From Eledone cirrhosa (lineage: Eukaryota), in contig OZ024740.1 of NCBI GenBank assembly GCA_964016885.1, forward strand, positions 326,740,001-326,804,000: DNA of 64,000 nt, given 5' to 3'. This document shows, one piece after another, positions 14,336 to 27,387 of this stretch; position 1 is the first letter of the stretch; each line of letters opens with the position of its first letter. Both the position numbers and the translations under genes were made by a program. Below the pieces are notes generated by a model. The model saw only the letters and a list, made by a program, of their open reading frames with translations, did not search any database and had not been told where the DNA came from.

Positions 14336-14499
14336 TCGAAATATAATACGTGAATGTAATAGATAAAATCCATGGGGCTGAAAATCGAGGACCCGAGGGC
14401 GACCGCTATTCTGTTCCTTCAACCTCAGCCGGTCGCCCTGGAGTGACGTGGCTAAAGTTTATAGTATGCTACTACCGGTCAGATAAACGAAAACATTGT

Positions 14500-15160
14500 T
14501 TATTTATATTTATATTGTTTATTTATATCTTTACATCTTTATTTGCTGTATTAATGCTCCTCCACGTATTCTACCTCTATACATCCATGTACTTTCTACT
14601 TCCCTTATTCGGACTTTTACTCGCGTGTACCCTTAGCACACGTCACTGGAATATCTCCCCCTGGGAACATAAATACCGCAACCTGAACTATATTGTATTT
14701 CTCCTGTGTCTTGCACTCTACATTTACTAGACAACGACTATTGTTTGTTTATCTATATCTTCACATCTTTGTTTGCTGTATTAATGTCTTTCCACGTACT
14801 CTACCTCTATACATCCATGTACTTTTTACTCCCCTTATTCGGACTCTTACTCGCGTGCACCCTTAGCACACGACACAGGATTGCCCCCCCCCCCGGGAAC
14901 ATAAATACTGCAACCTGAACTATATTGTAATTCTCCTATGTCTTGATTTCTCCATCTTACTCCAACACCACTCTTGTTGGTTTATTTACATGTTTATACC
15001 TATATATTGATATGTTTATATATGTATACCTCTGCTGTACCAATGTGCTCTTCCACGTATTCCACTTCTATGTATCCATGTATTTCTACTCCTCACATTG
15101 GGACCTGTACCCATTAGCACACGACACTAGAATGTCTCCTCCTGAGAACAAAAATTAAAC
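14500..15160 (+). repeat. Three diverged ~235-bp tandem repeats
   Basis: TTCCACGTA.TCTACCTCTATACATCCATGTA...CCTTAGCACACG recurs near 14560, 14790 and 15050. Confidence 0.8.
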
Positions 15161-15394
15161 ATTACACGACTATATCCCGTACTCTACATCCCACTAGGAT
15201 AAATTACAGATCTATATAACACAATTAACGTTTCTTCATAAAAGACTCTATTTAATTAAACCCCGCAACCCAAAACCTCATAGAAGTTATTTGAATGTTT
15301 AATCTTCAATTTTCTGTTTGTTCAATTCTCAATCTTCTTACTCCTTAGTTTTATAATGTTATTCTGAATTCTTTCAACTTCATCCGATAGAGTT

Positions 15395-16405
15395 AAGCAA
15401 AATTCTAAAGTTCCAACTTTCTGTCGGACCGTTGGGTGGGTTTTAGCGGCGGCGCGACCAGCTCCCTGGCGAACGAGCTCACCTGGAGTGCTTGGAAAAA
15501 TAAATTTCCCCTTCTTTCTGTAAATGAAAATACTCGGCGTGGCTTAATTCGCCATGGGGCCCGGGGCGCGGCCGGTGTTTTAACCGCCAAATAGTACCTT
15601 TAAATTACAGAACATATCGGAACTATTAGATATATCAACCTGAAACTGTTGAGCTTTAAACTTTCTAACCTCTTTAATATGGAATATTGATTATTAATTT
15701 TTTAACTTCATCCTATAAGTCTAAACATTGTAACACACTGACCCCCAATATATTCACCTCTGCTAAGATGCGGGTCTCTGTGAAAATTTTGTCGCGCCAC
15801 TCCTGGCCCGACTGTGGTGTGACATTAATATTGACCTTCCTTCCTCTCTCTTTCTATCTTCCTTCTTGTAGCTATCAACCATTACTCTTTTACTTCTCTA
15901 AGCAAAATTTTAAAGTTCCAACTTTCTGTCGGACTGTTGGGTGGGTTTTAATGGCGGCGCGACCAGCTCCCTGGCGAACGAGCTCACCTGGAGTGCTTGG
16001 AAAAATAAATTTCCCCTTCTTTCAGTAAATGAAAATACTCGGCGTAGCTTAATTCGCCATGGGGCCCGGGGCGCGGCCGGTGTTTTAACCGCCACATAGT
16101 ACCTTTAAATTACAGAACAAATCGGAACTATTATATAATTAAATGTTAAACTGTTGAACTTTAAATTTTCTAACCTCTTTAATATTGAATATTGATTATT
16201 AATTTTTTTAACTTCATCCTAGAAGTCTAAACACTGTAACACACTGACTCCCAATATATTCACCTCTGCTAAGATGCGGGTCCCTGTGAACATTTTCTCG
16301 CGCCACTCCTGGCTTGACTGTGGTCTGACATTAATATCAACCTTTCTTCCTCTTTCTTTCTATCTTCCTTCTTGTAGCCATCAACCCTTACTTTTCTACT
16401 TCTCT
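15395..16405 (+). repeat. Two ~505-bp tandem repeats with GC-rich cores
   Basis: AAGCAAAATT.TAAAGTTCCAACTTTCTGTCGGAC at 15395 and 15900; paralogous ORF translations. Confidence 0.9.
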
Positions 16406-16791
16406 CTTCCCTTCCTTCTCTTCTCCCCTCCTCCTGTCTTCCTCCCACAGACTTATCTTCCTTCCCCCTCTTGCTTGCCTATATCTGACCGGTAGTAGTT
16501 GCCTTTCTTCTTTTAGCTGACATTAACCCTGGCTTCTCTTCTTTCTTCCCCCTTCTTCTCTCTCCTTCCTTTCTTTCTTTCTTTTACCTTGTGTCATGAG
16601 ATCGACGTTAACTTATGCTCCCATCCCTTTCTGTTTTCGTTTATCTGACCGGTAGTAGCATACTATAAACTTTAGCCACGTCACTCCAGGGCGACCGGCT
16701 GAGGTTGAAGGAACAGAATAGCGGTCGCCCTCGGGTCCTCGATTTTCAGCCCCATGGATTTTATCTATTACATTCACGTATTATATTTCGA

Positions 16792-16849
16792 ATACCTGAT
16801 GATATCACCGGGTTCATACGGAACCCGGTCATTGAAATGATCATAGTAT
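16792..16849 (+). ncRNA. Type I hammerhead ribozyme
   Basis: ATAC CTGATGA tatc ACCGGGTTC atacg GAACCCGGT catt GAAA TGATCA TA GTAT. Confidence 0.88.
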
Positions 16850-17043
16850 AATAAACCTTTCAAGGATTTACACAAATCCAGCCTCCTGTCATTTCATTAT
16901 GATATTTAACTCCGTAATAGTACCACCAACTACAAAAACAAAGACGGTTGAACTGCTTTACGTTGAGTACTCTCTATATTATTGCATTACGATTGACCAT
17001 ACGGAATAGACCAGCTCTATACAGTGGTGAACCTCAAACCTGA

Positions 17044-17122
<79 letters not shown>

Positions 17123-17519
17123 TATATAAATATATACATATATAAATATATATGTATATATATATATGTAAATACGTCTATATGTGTATATATAGATACG
17201 AATACAAATACACACACATATACGTTTTCCGGGTGCGTAGAAATGTTTATTTTGAAACTTAAATGACTAATATGAAGAAAACTTTTATGAACTTCGTGAC
17301 ATACGCACCGATTTATACATATAGACTCGTACACATATACATTATGCTGATAGGTATATACATACATGCATACATACATACATATGTACATAAATATAGG
17401 CATACATACATATATGCATGCATAAATACATACATAGATACATGCATATATACATATACACATATATATTTCTGTATATATATATATATATATATATTTC
17501 TGTATATACACATATATAT

Positions 17520-17593
<74 letters not shown>

Positions 17594-17729
17594 ATATATA
17601 TTTTTGTATATATATATATAGTAATAATAATAAATTTGAAGACTAAAATCCAAAGAGGGCTCGATAAAGATAAATATATATCAAATATATAAGAACCGTA
17701 GAGCAAATATTTATTAAAATAACAGATTA

Positions 17730-17782
17730 AAGTTTAAGCAAAGAATCGGTGCTTTCACCCTTAACGGGATCTTCTGAAACTT
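17730..17782 (-). ncRNA. Hammerhead-like fold, U4A core variant (left arm of palindrome)
   Basis: Reverse complement of 17797-17849. Confidence 0.55.
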
Positions 17783-17796
17783 CAGAAGATCCCGTT

Positions 17797-17849
17797 AAGT
17801 TTCAGAAGATCCCGTTAAGGGTGAAAGCAGCGATTCTTTGCTTAAACTT
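17797..17849 (+). ncRNA. Hammerhead-like fold, U4A core variant
   Basis: AAGTTT CAGAAGA t CCC gttaa GGG t GAAA GCA gcgattctt TGC TT AAACTT. Confidence 0.55.
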
Positions 17850-17864
17850 TAATCTGTTATTTTA

Positions 17865-17902
<38 letters not shown>

Positions 17903-17962
17903 GTGAGGTTTTTTTTACAAAATGAAAAATAACCGAGGTGTCCTACACGAGTGAAAGTATAA

Positions 17963-18172
<210 letters not shown>

Positions 18173-18333
18173 AGTAAGTATGTTTTGAAACAGTGAGCAG
18201 GTTTGAAATTAGAAAATAGAATAAGATGAGTATTGACGTACATGTACGTCAATACTCATCTTTTTCCATTTATCTGAGGGTTCTAAACCCCATTATCAGG
18301 CTAAAATTCCTTTAGTCAAAAATACGGTGAAAG

Positions 18334-18391
<58 letters not shown>

Positions 18392-18414
18392 TTATATATA
18401 TGTACGTATGTACG

Positions 18415-18620
18415 TTGGTCCTCAGTCAGTTCCGACGACGAGTATTGATACGATCAATGGAACAGCCTGCTCGGGAAATTAAGGTGCAAGTTGGGGAGTA
18501 TTCTACAGACACGTGTATCTTTAGTTTAGTTCTCAGGGAGATTAAGCGCGACAGAGTGTGTGTGACAATGTTGGCATTTTGAATTACAAATAAATTCAGG
18601 CTTGCAAGCTAAGTGACCTA
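18415..18620. mobile_element. Interspersed repeat/SINE body of a type common in octopus genomes
   Basis: GATACGATCAATGGAACAGCCTGCTCG...CAGACACGTGTA...GTTCTCAGGGAGATT; recognised from memory, not database-verified. Confidence 0.5.
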
Positions 18621-18699
18621 AAGTAACACAACGCAGGGAATCAAACTTACGACCTTACGATCTTGTGCTGAACACACTCTAACCACCAAGTCATGAGTA

Positions 18700-18762
<63 letters not shown>

Positions 18763-18896
18763 TCATGACTTGGTGGTTAGAGTGTGTTCAGCACAAGATC
18801 GTAAGGTCGTAAGTTTGATTCCCTGCGTTGTGTTACTTTAGGTCACTTAGCTTGCAAGCCTGAATTTATTTGTAATTCAAAATGCCAACATTGTCA
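18563..18896. repeat. Perfect ~137-bp inverted duplication across a (TA)n spacer, including a tRNA-like SINE head
   Basis: 18563-18700 is the reverse complement of 18759-18896; head has A-box-like TGGTGGTTAGAG and B-box-like GTTTGATTCC. Confidence 0.9.
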
Positions 18897-19230
18897 TATT
18901 TTTTTTTTTTTTTTTTTTTCTCCCCATAACGGCATTCCTGTTTTAACGACATCACAACTTTCTCCGGCTTAGCCTGTTCCCCCCTCCCCCTTTTTGGAAC
19001 TTTTACCCCGTTGATGGGCGTGAGCCCGAAATACTGGGATTAAATCTCCACTACGGTAACCCTTCTACCTTTGTTTTGTTTTCATCTTTGTCTCTCTCAA
19101 TTTTCACTTTCTCCTATTTCTCCTATCTATCATTCACTTCCTACCTCGAGATTTCCCATCTGCATTGTTGTGGCTTTCTAAACTACGTATTTTACACATT
19201 TCACAATGCTTCAAGCAAACTTTAACACCC

Positions 19231-19261
<31 letters not shown>

Positions 19262-19266
<5 letters not shown>

Positions 19267-20270
19267 TAGACTTAGTCTTAGATTCTTCCGCGCCGTACAG
19301 ATCATCGAGCAGTAAGTAGTCGCCAACGGTCACAATAAGCGACAGCTTTTTCGCGTCCCTGCCAAGTGATGTTGGCTACTATCAGGTGTTTCCGGAACGT
19401 TCGTCGCCAGGTGATCCTGAGGCAACCTCGCCACTGTCTGCCGCTAGGTACGGTCCTGTTTATCGCTGTTTTCGAGTGTCGTTCGTCGGACAGGCGCAGA
19501 ATATGGCCAGCCAGGTGGCACCAGCGCTGCGTGACCATCCTCTATAGCGTCCACGACTCGGCTCTCCGCAGGATTTTTTCGTTTCGCACTCGGTCGCGCC
19601 AAGATACACGAACGATCATTCGCAGGCACCGCTGGTGGAAAACGTTCAGCCGCCTCTCTATCTTTGTCGTGCTTTTCCAGGTTTCGTTCGCGTAAAGCAC
19701 TGCCGGCAGCATGATGCTCTTGTACAGGGGCAGTTTGATCACGGTGCTGCTGCATGAAGACGACCAAACGGGGCGCAACCGCTGGAAAACTGCAGCTACT
19801 TTGCCGATCCGACAGTTGATGTCAAGCACCGCGTTGTGTCATTGCTTGCCAGATGCTTCCCAGATAGGTGAAGTGATCGACTTCTTCGATGTCTTTATGG
19901 TTGACTCTGATCGCTGAACCTGTGTTGTTGGCTGTTCTCATCACCTTGGTCTCTTTGGTGTTGATTCTCAGGCCGATCTTTTCCGCACTCTCTTGCAGGG
20001 ATGTTGCTAGGGCTTGCAGATCTGCACTGACGTCAGCTATCAAAGCGATGTCGTCGGCGAATGTCAGGTCCCTCAGCCTCGACTGGCCTCTCCTTGGGAT
20101 TCCTCGAACGAGTCCTTCATCTGTTCGCCGCAGCACGAAATCGGCTACCAACAGGAACAACAGCAAAGAGAGAATGCAATCCTGTCTGACTGCGGAGACA
20201 ATATCAAAGAACTCCGTCACACATTTGTTCGGCAAACCAAAGATGTGGGTTCGTGTCCCATGCACGTCAA
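19262..20270 (-). mobile_element. 5'-truncated, frameshifted RTE-clade LINE
   Basis: VRQDCILS, LTFADDIAL, FTYLGS, VLYANETW, FHQRCLR, LAGHILR across three frames; short tandem tail CTAAGACTAAGTCTAAGA. Confidence 0.9.
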
Positions 20271-20409
20271 TACTCATACTTTTTTCTATTCAGAGGGTTT
20301 TTAAAATCCCAACTAACAGACTAATTTTATTTAGTCAAATACAGCGTGAGCACATGTTACCACATACCTACCTATATATATATATGTAAAATATACATAA
20401 ATATACACA

Positions 20410-21330
20410 CCGTAACTGGGGAAAATTACATAGTTTAGTTGGGTTCAATTGAATATTCTTTCGGAGTGGCTCTCAGCTTCGCAGTCACGGGCGACATGTT
20501 GTCTTCTCGATTCCAAAGTGGAATCTTTTCAGTGGCATCTCCTTCTTAGAGAACAACCAAAATGAGAAGAAGCTATTTTGGGAGAGTAGGGAGCTTGGCG
20601 AATGAGTAATATGGCTTTCCTAGCCCCCCCCCCCCCCCCAAAAAAAAAACCTTGGTTCAGCTGTGACGAATGAGTCGGGGCGTTATCATGTTGCAGTTGC
20701 CAGTTTTGCGAGGGTGACAAATACTTTTTCTGTATTGAACTATATCACAAAACGTCGGAGGACTTGCTGTCCTGTTAGTACAACCTTGTAACAGTTGTCC
20801 TTCTGTTGTCTATGCGTGATGCACAATGTCTCGGTAACCAAAGAACCCAGTTAGCGTCACCTGAGCCTATGAAACAGGGGTCCAGCCGGTACTTGTTCCA
20901 GTGCCCAAGAGCTAAGAAGGCCCAACAACAACGACCATGCAACATCCATTTTGAGAAAAATCTTTGCCAGCTTCGGGCCCCAAAGGGGTCTTTTACCACC
21001 TTAACAAATTCTCTTGGAGGACCTGAGCGTCACCTTGATGTTACTCCGCACCGGACATACTTTTGGAGGACTCGGCGACGTTGGATGTTTCTACTGATGA
21101 CTGATTTTTGGTTTCCGGATCGTATCCCTACACACATGTCTCATCTCCAGTTATTATAATATTCAGGAACTTAGGATCCTTGTTGGTAGTATCGGGCGAA
21201 ATGAATACGTGACCAGTAAGTAGTGCAGAGCCTGACAGCACCTGGCACATCCATTGAGCTCGCCCAAATCATGAATGTATGCGGCTCCACTCAGCACACA
21301 CTTCTCTCTACCGTCAATAATGTAAAAAAT
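20410..21330 (-). mobile_element. Decayed mariner transposase relic interrupted by a ~230-bp insert
   Basis: IITGDETCV*GYDPETK (~21110-21160), KHPTSP..KV..VRSNIKV, HDNAPTH and APYSP motifs. Confidence 0.85.
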
Positions 21331-22144
21331 GAAGTAGGACCACTCACACACACCCACCCACCCACACACACAGAGTCTAGAATTATAAGTCAACCGTAAG
21401 AACATCTAAAAGTGCATAGAATAAGTAAATAGAAATGGAATAACACAAAAATTCGATCTCTACTGACTGACGACATTACTTCCGTTCAACATGATTTACT
21501 CCAAGTGATTTTTTTTCTTATCTCGTACATTATAGATTAATGTCTGTGGAACACAAGGTGAGAACACAACATTTACTGTTTACATTATTACAGTACTCAA
21601 TCAAAGGTATATACTCTTGTATTTGGTATTGATTTCTAATCTTCTCACACAGCTATAACTATGTAGGTGAACGATAGATCGATTGAATCTATTTGCTTTC
21701 AAACCATGGGAAGGATAAAATACAAAAGCAGTCCGCCCCAGAATCTTCTGAATTCCGATCATAAAGGGACGTAACTAAGTGCATTTAATGTATCGCATGG
21801 GATACTAGTGGAGCTGATAACGTTTTTCCTATTTCACCACATTTCGGAAATAACAAACGAGTTACCCACAACACAGTATCATGAATGTCTTGGTAGAATT
21901 ATCAGCTAAGTCCTTCTTCTTGAAAGCATAACTTTCGGTCTTACAAAATGAACGGTTATCTTGTATAATGTAGTTCACCCTAGATACAATGTATGGATAA
22001 TGAGTGGGATGGTCGTAGTTGAAATGCTTTTGATGGCAAATTTTCTCAATTGGGGCTGATTTGTAGTAAACGGCATGAGAATGACCTCACTGAAGGGAAT
22101 AAACTAGGCACGTATATATTAATTTGTATTATTTAATCTGGAAG

Positions 22145-22350
22145 AAGGGCGGTGGATTGGCGGTGGAGCGTCGGACAACATACTTCACAGCATAGAGTTA
22201 CCTTCTGAGTTCAAATCCCGCCGTGGTTAACTTTGCCTTTCATCCTTACGGGCTCGATAAAATAAAGTACCAGTAATGCACTGGGGTTGATTTAATTAAC
22301 TTTCCCCTCCTCCCAAAATTGTTGGCCTTGTGCCTAAATCGTAAACCATT
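22145..22350 (+). mobile_element. tRNA-derived SINE (Meta-SINE-like core)
   Basis: B-box GAGTTCAAATCCC plus CTTTGCCTTTCATCCTTACGGGCTCGATAAAATAAAGTACCAG; same family as 818-935. Confidence 0.8.
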
Positions 22351-22644
22351 ATTTAATCTGGAACAGGTGAGATCAATGTGGTTGATGTTCTCGAACAGCT
22401 GAAATTTGACCTGATTACCAGAAAGAAAAATGTTCCACTATACACTACCAGGCCGTCTTACTGCTGTTCATGGTATTAACTCTGCTTTCTTTAATAGTCA
22501 ACATTATCAAAGTTAGTGTTTGTAGGAGAGCTACATAGTCAATCGAATATCGAAGTATATATTTATAATTCATAGATATGAAAAGCATTTTAAACTCTGA
22601 ACCCTGATGGAAGAACGTCTTTAGGTCTTAATATTGATTTCTTA

Positions 22645-22715
22645 AAGTTCAAATCACCACATGGTCAACTTTGCTTTCATTCTTCTAGAACCGATAACAT
22701 AAAGGATAAGTAAAG
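22645..22715 (+). mobile_element. Degenerate SINE fragment of the same family
   Basis: GTTCAAATCACC..GGTCAACTTTGCTTTCATTCTT...GATAA. Confidence 0.5.
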
Positions 22716-24787
22716 CCCTTTAAATGAGCCCGGCGGGATTTATAACCAGAATGTAGAGATATAAAAAACGTATAGTGTACGTATTCCGTTAAACACATTT
22801 ATTCCGGCATTTTATTTTCGATAGTTTAATAATTTCCTCTCCAGCTTTTAATATAGATTACATTTTAGGACTATGTAGGAAGGAATGGGCAAGTAAATGG
22901 ATCATTCAAACCGGTGTTTATCTCCGGTTATCTTGGCACTGGACAGGCCAGTGGTCTTGTGTAAACATCCATAAACTTCCATTACTGAAAAGAAAAACGC
23001 TACTGGTCAGAGGATATGTTCCAATGACCACTGAACTAGTTGCCCGGTTTCCAATTGATTCTTCTAACACAGGGGTTCCAAACTGTTTTTGCGTCGTCGC
23101 CCACTTCCACATCGTTTCTTTTTAAAGTGATATTACAAATATTCATCTTTGAATTCTTTACCGTCTTACGTGCTTCATACTTACGTACGGATTTGCTTAA
23201 ATATCTTATATCTTTATAGCAGGTTCGGTTTTCCTAGCAATTATCATTGTGTGTGTGTGCGTGTGCGTGTGCGTGTGTGTGTGAGAGCGTTCGCCAAACT
23301 GATGTACAGATATATATATATGATCTTACACATCCTATTTTATCGTTATTTTGCGACTGGAGAACAAATTCATTGAAAACATGAAAAACAAAATTCAATG
23401 GAAAAAAATCATTTATTTTCCAACGAACGAGAGACTGATGTAATTGTAAGAATTTACCAATTCAGCAACACATCATTTAGCTGACAATATCATTTTTAGT
23501 AACTAGAAGAAAATAAAAAAAATATACGTAATTCTAATACTGGGGAAGATAATATATCGAAAAAATCTTATAGCTTATGTAAATACAATGGCTGAGGTAA
23601 ATAAGCGTAGTTTCTAATAACGGTAATACTGAACGGTTTATCCACACCCACCATATTCTCTCAGCATCACATTCCTTAACGGCACTTAATAGATCTTCCA
23701 GTTCAAGTCTTGCTCAGCTGTAGTGTATGCACGGATATGTAACATCTTCGGACAATAAAAACAGAAAACAAATCGATCTTTCTGTATATCTATTTATCAA
23801 CATAACTGTATACTGCACTATGTGGCGATTAAAGATGTTTATTAATTTACATATTAGTTGGTGCATTCGTTGGTGCAATCATGGTTGCACACTCTGTATT
23901 TATGCACTTCGGCTGCTAGCGCATTTCTGACAGGTAGGAAATAACTAATAATTATTAGAAGAACAAACACTTTTAACACCTGCCACCACAGATTAGCCAA
24001 AACTTTCCTGAAAACATAAGAATAGTTAATTAGATATATAGGCCTAGGTTCTACGTAACCTTACCGCAGACTAAAACCAGACTGGGTAAATATATATATC
24101 ATGGATATAACTCGAGGAGATTCCCTTTCTTAGAAACTGGTCGCCGAAAACCACTGCAGGCTGGCCCCCATCCTTCTGCTTATCTATCTATTTGATCTGT
24201 TACCTTTATTTGCTTTTCATATTTTCTTTAATCTCAGTCTTTACTTACCCTTTATATATCCGCTTTGTATATCTTTATATATCAACACAATTGATCAAGC
24301 ACTTATCTACTTACCGGCACTCGTAGTTCTAGTACGAGCCTTACCTCCTGCATCAAAAGACTGTGAGCCCCAGCTAGACATTCAGTTAATAGGTCAGTTA
24401 CACATCATGGCCCTGTGAGACCCACTTTTTTCCTATTTCCTTGGGAAACGTCTGGATGAACGTCTCGATGAAACGGTACGGTGTTGATACACATCCACAT
24501 ATACATATATATATACATGCACAAACATTACTACATACGCGAATCAAACTGGCACACTGGTACAATATGATTGGTACCATGTGAGTAGTTAGAGGTGTGA
24601 TGCATTTCTTTGTACATGTTAGCCTTACGGACGTCTAGAAACGTCTAGAGGTAAATTGTTTTAATTTTTGCATCTACTCTTTTCCCATTAGCATTAACTT
24701 TTTTCTAGGGGCTTATATTTCTTTCTGAGACGAGTGATATATACATATTTTCGGAAGCGAATGTTCCATTTTGTGAAGAACTTCTTT

Positions 24788-26600
24788 AGTGGGCCGGTAT
24801 ATGTTGCCCCGAGCGAGTGAGTCGCGTGAGTTCCTCCTTTGTCGGGGGCAGGTCAAGCTCCTCCATGACAGGTATCCCTGCGGAAATCATCCAGTGCGGG
24901 AAGCCAGCCCTTCTGGGCCATCTCCACGAGCTGCTCTGCCAGTGCTGGAAGGAGGGCTCTGTCCCCAAGGACATGCGAGATGCAAACATTGTCACGCTGT
25001 ATAAAACCAAAGGGGACAGAAGCGACTGCAACAACTACAGAGACATATCCCTGCTCAGCACCGTCGGTAAGGCATTCGCCAGGGTGGTCCTGAAGAGGTT
25101 ACAAATACTTGCAGAGCGTGTGTACCTCGAGTCCCAGTGCGGCTTTCGGGCAGAGAGGTCCACAATTGACATGATCTTCTCACTCAGACAGCTTCAAGAG
25201 AAGAGTCGAGAGCAGAGGCAGCCCCTCTACGTGGCTTTTGTCGACCTGGCTAAGGCGTTAGACTCAGTCGGTAGGGGGGGGGGAGGAGCTGTTTGCGCTC
25301 CTGGGGAGGATTGATTGCCCTCCAAAACTACTGAAACTCATCACCTCTTTTCACGACGGTATGCAGGGGACGGTGCAGTTTGACGGATCACCCTCAGAGC
25401 CGTTCCCCATCCAGAGTGGAGTGAAACAGGGTTGCGTCCTGGCGCCGACGCTCTTTGGAATTTTCTTCTCCCTTATCCTGTCCTATGCCTTCAGGACGTT
25501 CGACGACGGAGTGTTCTTCCACACCAGGTCTGACGGCAGGCTGTTCAACCTCGCACGCCTCAGGGCCAAGACCAGAGTACGCCAGGTGCTGATCAGGGAG
25601 ATCCTTTTTGCTGACGATGCCGCCCTAATACCCCACACCCAGCCAGGTCTCCAGAGGCTGGTCAGCTCCCTGGCACTCGTTTGCCAAGAGTTCGGCCTTA
25701 CCATCAGCCTGAAAAAGACGGAGATCATGGGCCAGGACGTCGGAGAGGTCCCCAGCATCAGTGTCGGCGACCACGGCTTGCAAGTGGTGAATGAGTTCAC
25801 TTACCTGGGATCGACAGTCTCCAGCAACCTGTCTGTCGAACCGGAGCTGAACAGACGGATCGGGAAAGCTGCTGCTGCCATGGCTAAGCTCTCCAGGAGA
25901 GTGTGGGAAAACAACATGCTCACCATAACCACCAATATCGCAGTGTACCGAGCCTGCGTACTGAGCACCCTACTCTACGGCAGCGAGAGCTGGACAACAT
26001 ACGTACAACAAGAACGCCACCTCAACAGCTTCCACATGCGGTGTCTTCGACGGATCCTTGGCATCTCCTGGAAGGACCGTGTACCAAACAGAGACATCTT
26101 AAACCAGACAAATATGCCAAGCATGTACGCCCTCCTCACGCAGAGGCGACTGCGCTGGCTTGGGCACGTCCGCCGCATGCAGGACGGTCGCATTCCTAAA
26201 GACATCTTGTACGGTGAGCTCACCACAGGATCCCGATCCATAGGACGTCCACAGCTGCGATACAGGGATGTGTGCAAACGCGACCTGAGGACTACGGACA
26301 TCGGTGTGGACACCTGGGAGGAGACAGCTGCTGACCGCTCTGCCTGGTGTCGGACAGTGAGGAAAGGCGTTTCCACGGCTGAAGAAAGGAGGACGCGGCT
26401 GTGGTCAGACAGGCGTGACGAGAGGAAGTCTACTGCAGCAAAAACCCAGGCGTACCCATCGACCTTCACGTGCAGCAACTGTGCCAAAGACTGCCACTCC
26501 AGAATTGGGCTGTTCAGTCACAGCAGACGCTGCTTATCATCAAACTACCCTCCCCCTTGGCGCAATCCATTGTCTATCGAAACAGAAGGGAGCCATCATA
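24788..26600 (+). mobile_element. 5'-truncated RTE (BovB-like) LINE with a short 5' inversion
   Basis: GIPAE, GDRSDCNNYRDISLL, QCGFR, FVDLAKA.D, GVKQGCVLAP, LFADDAAL, FTYLGS, RWLGHVRRM, CSNCAKDCHSRIGLFSH; frameshift at the G-run near 25275. Confidence 0.95.
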
Positions 26601-26719
26601 TGTTGTGTTATTTATTCATCATTATTAATATTGGTTTTGTTTTCACTTGCATATTCCCCGCCCATTTTTTCTTTCTTGTGGTAAAAGCAGATCTTAATTG
26701 CTGAAGCTCACAAAAGAGA

Positions 26720-26808
26720 TGCGAAGGGACGCGACCAGTGGAGTGTTGTGCTGAAAATAACCTGTTCAACCCATGCAAGCATGGAAAAGCGGACCTAAAA
26801 TGATGATA
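26720..26808 (+). mobile_element. SINE 3' end
   Basis: CAACCCATGCAAGCATGGAAAAGCGGAC.TAAAATGATGAT, a hairpin plus (TGA)n tail typical of RTE-mobilised SINE ends. Confidence 0.5.
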
Positions 26809-26925
26809 TATATATATATATTGAAAATACTCAAATTACGCTAACTCTCCCTCACGTCTCTGTAAATTTAAACATTTCTTATGATGAGATAGATTCATCT
26901 TACTTATTTTGAACGATGTGGGGTG

Positions 26926-26995
<70 letters not shown>

Positions 26996-26998
26996 CGC

Positions 26999-27097
26999 AT
27001 CAACAGTCAGAGGAGCAGATCGATACTGGAGTCGGGTCCATAACTCCTGTTGGTCCCCTTGAGCCAATCCTCTGCGAAACGCACGTAACAGGTCGAT
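26999..27097 (+). ncRNA. Degenerate hammerhead-like fold (U4A core)
   Basis: GT CAGAGGA GCAGA...TCTGC GAAA CG ca CG TA AC; stem II is perfect at its base, stem I is weak. Confidence 0.45.
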
Positions 27098-27207
27098 ACG
27101 CAAGAAATATCTTTCATATGTAAACGAAACTTACTCGTTTTTTCTATTATATACACTCTGCCTGTGCATGATTTGGTAGCAACACCAGTATTTCACCGTA
27201 CTACCTA

Positions 27208-27270
<63 letters not shown>

Positions 27271-27387
27271 GTTATAGTGTTCACTATTTTCATTGGTAAG
27301 ATGAGCTTAAACGGCAGTATATGTATAAATAAATAATAATAATACTAATCCTTGGTCTTATTGAATTTTGAGTATATATATGTATTT

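Larger units (their letters stand above)
14227..16975 (+). mobile_element. Non-coding PLE-type insertion with ~270-bp inverted ends (14227-14495 / 16632-16900), each holding a hammerhead
   Basis: Arms are near-identical reverse complements; (TA)n on the left; internal tandem repeats; no RT ORF. Confidence 0.85.

Noticed and set aside
14227-16900. TIR DNA transposon/MITE interpretation
   Set aside because: The inverted arms hold hammerheads and end unevenly, matching the PLE inverted-end architecture seen elsewhere in the window
18759-18830. tRNA gene
   Set aside because: Only degenerate A/B boxes and no full cloverleaf; a SINE head
19003-19042. Hammerhead-like CCCG TTGATG GGC GTGA GCCC GAAA TAC TGGG
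   Set aside because: Core lacks A9, U3 is uncompensated and no stem III/NUH can be drawn
23068-23115. hAT-like terminus CAGGGGTTCCAAACT
   Set aside because: Single short match with no partner TIR or TSD
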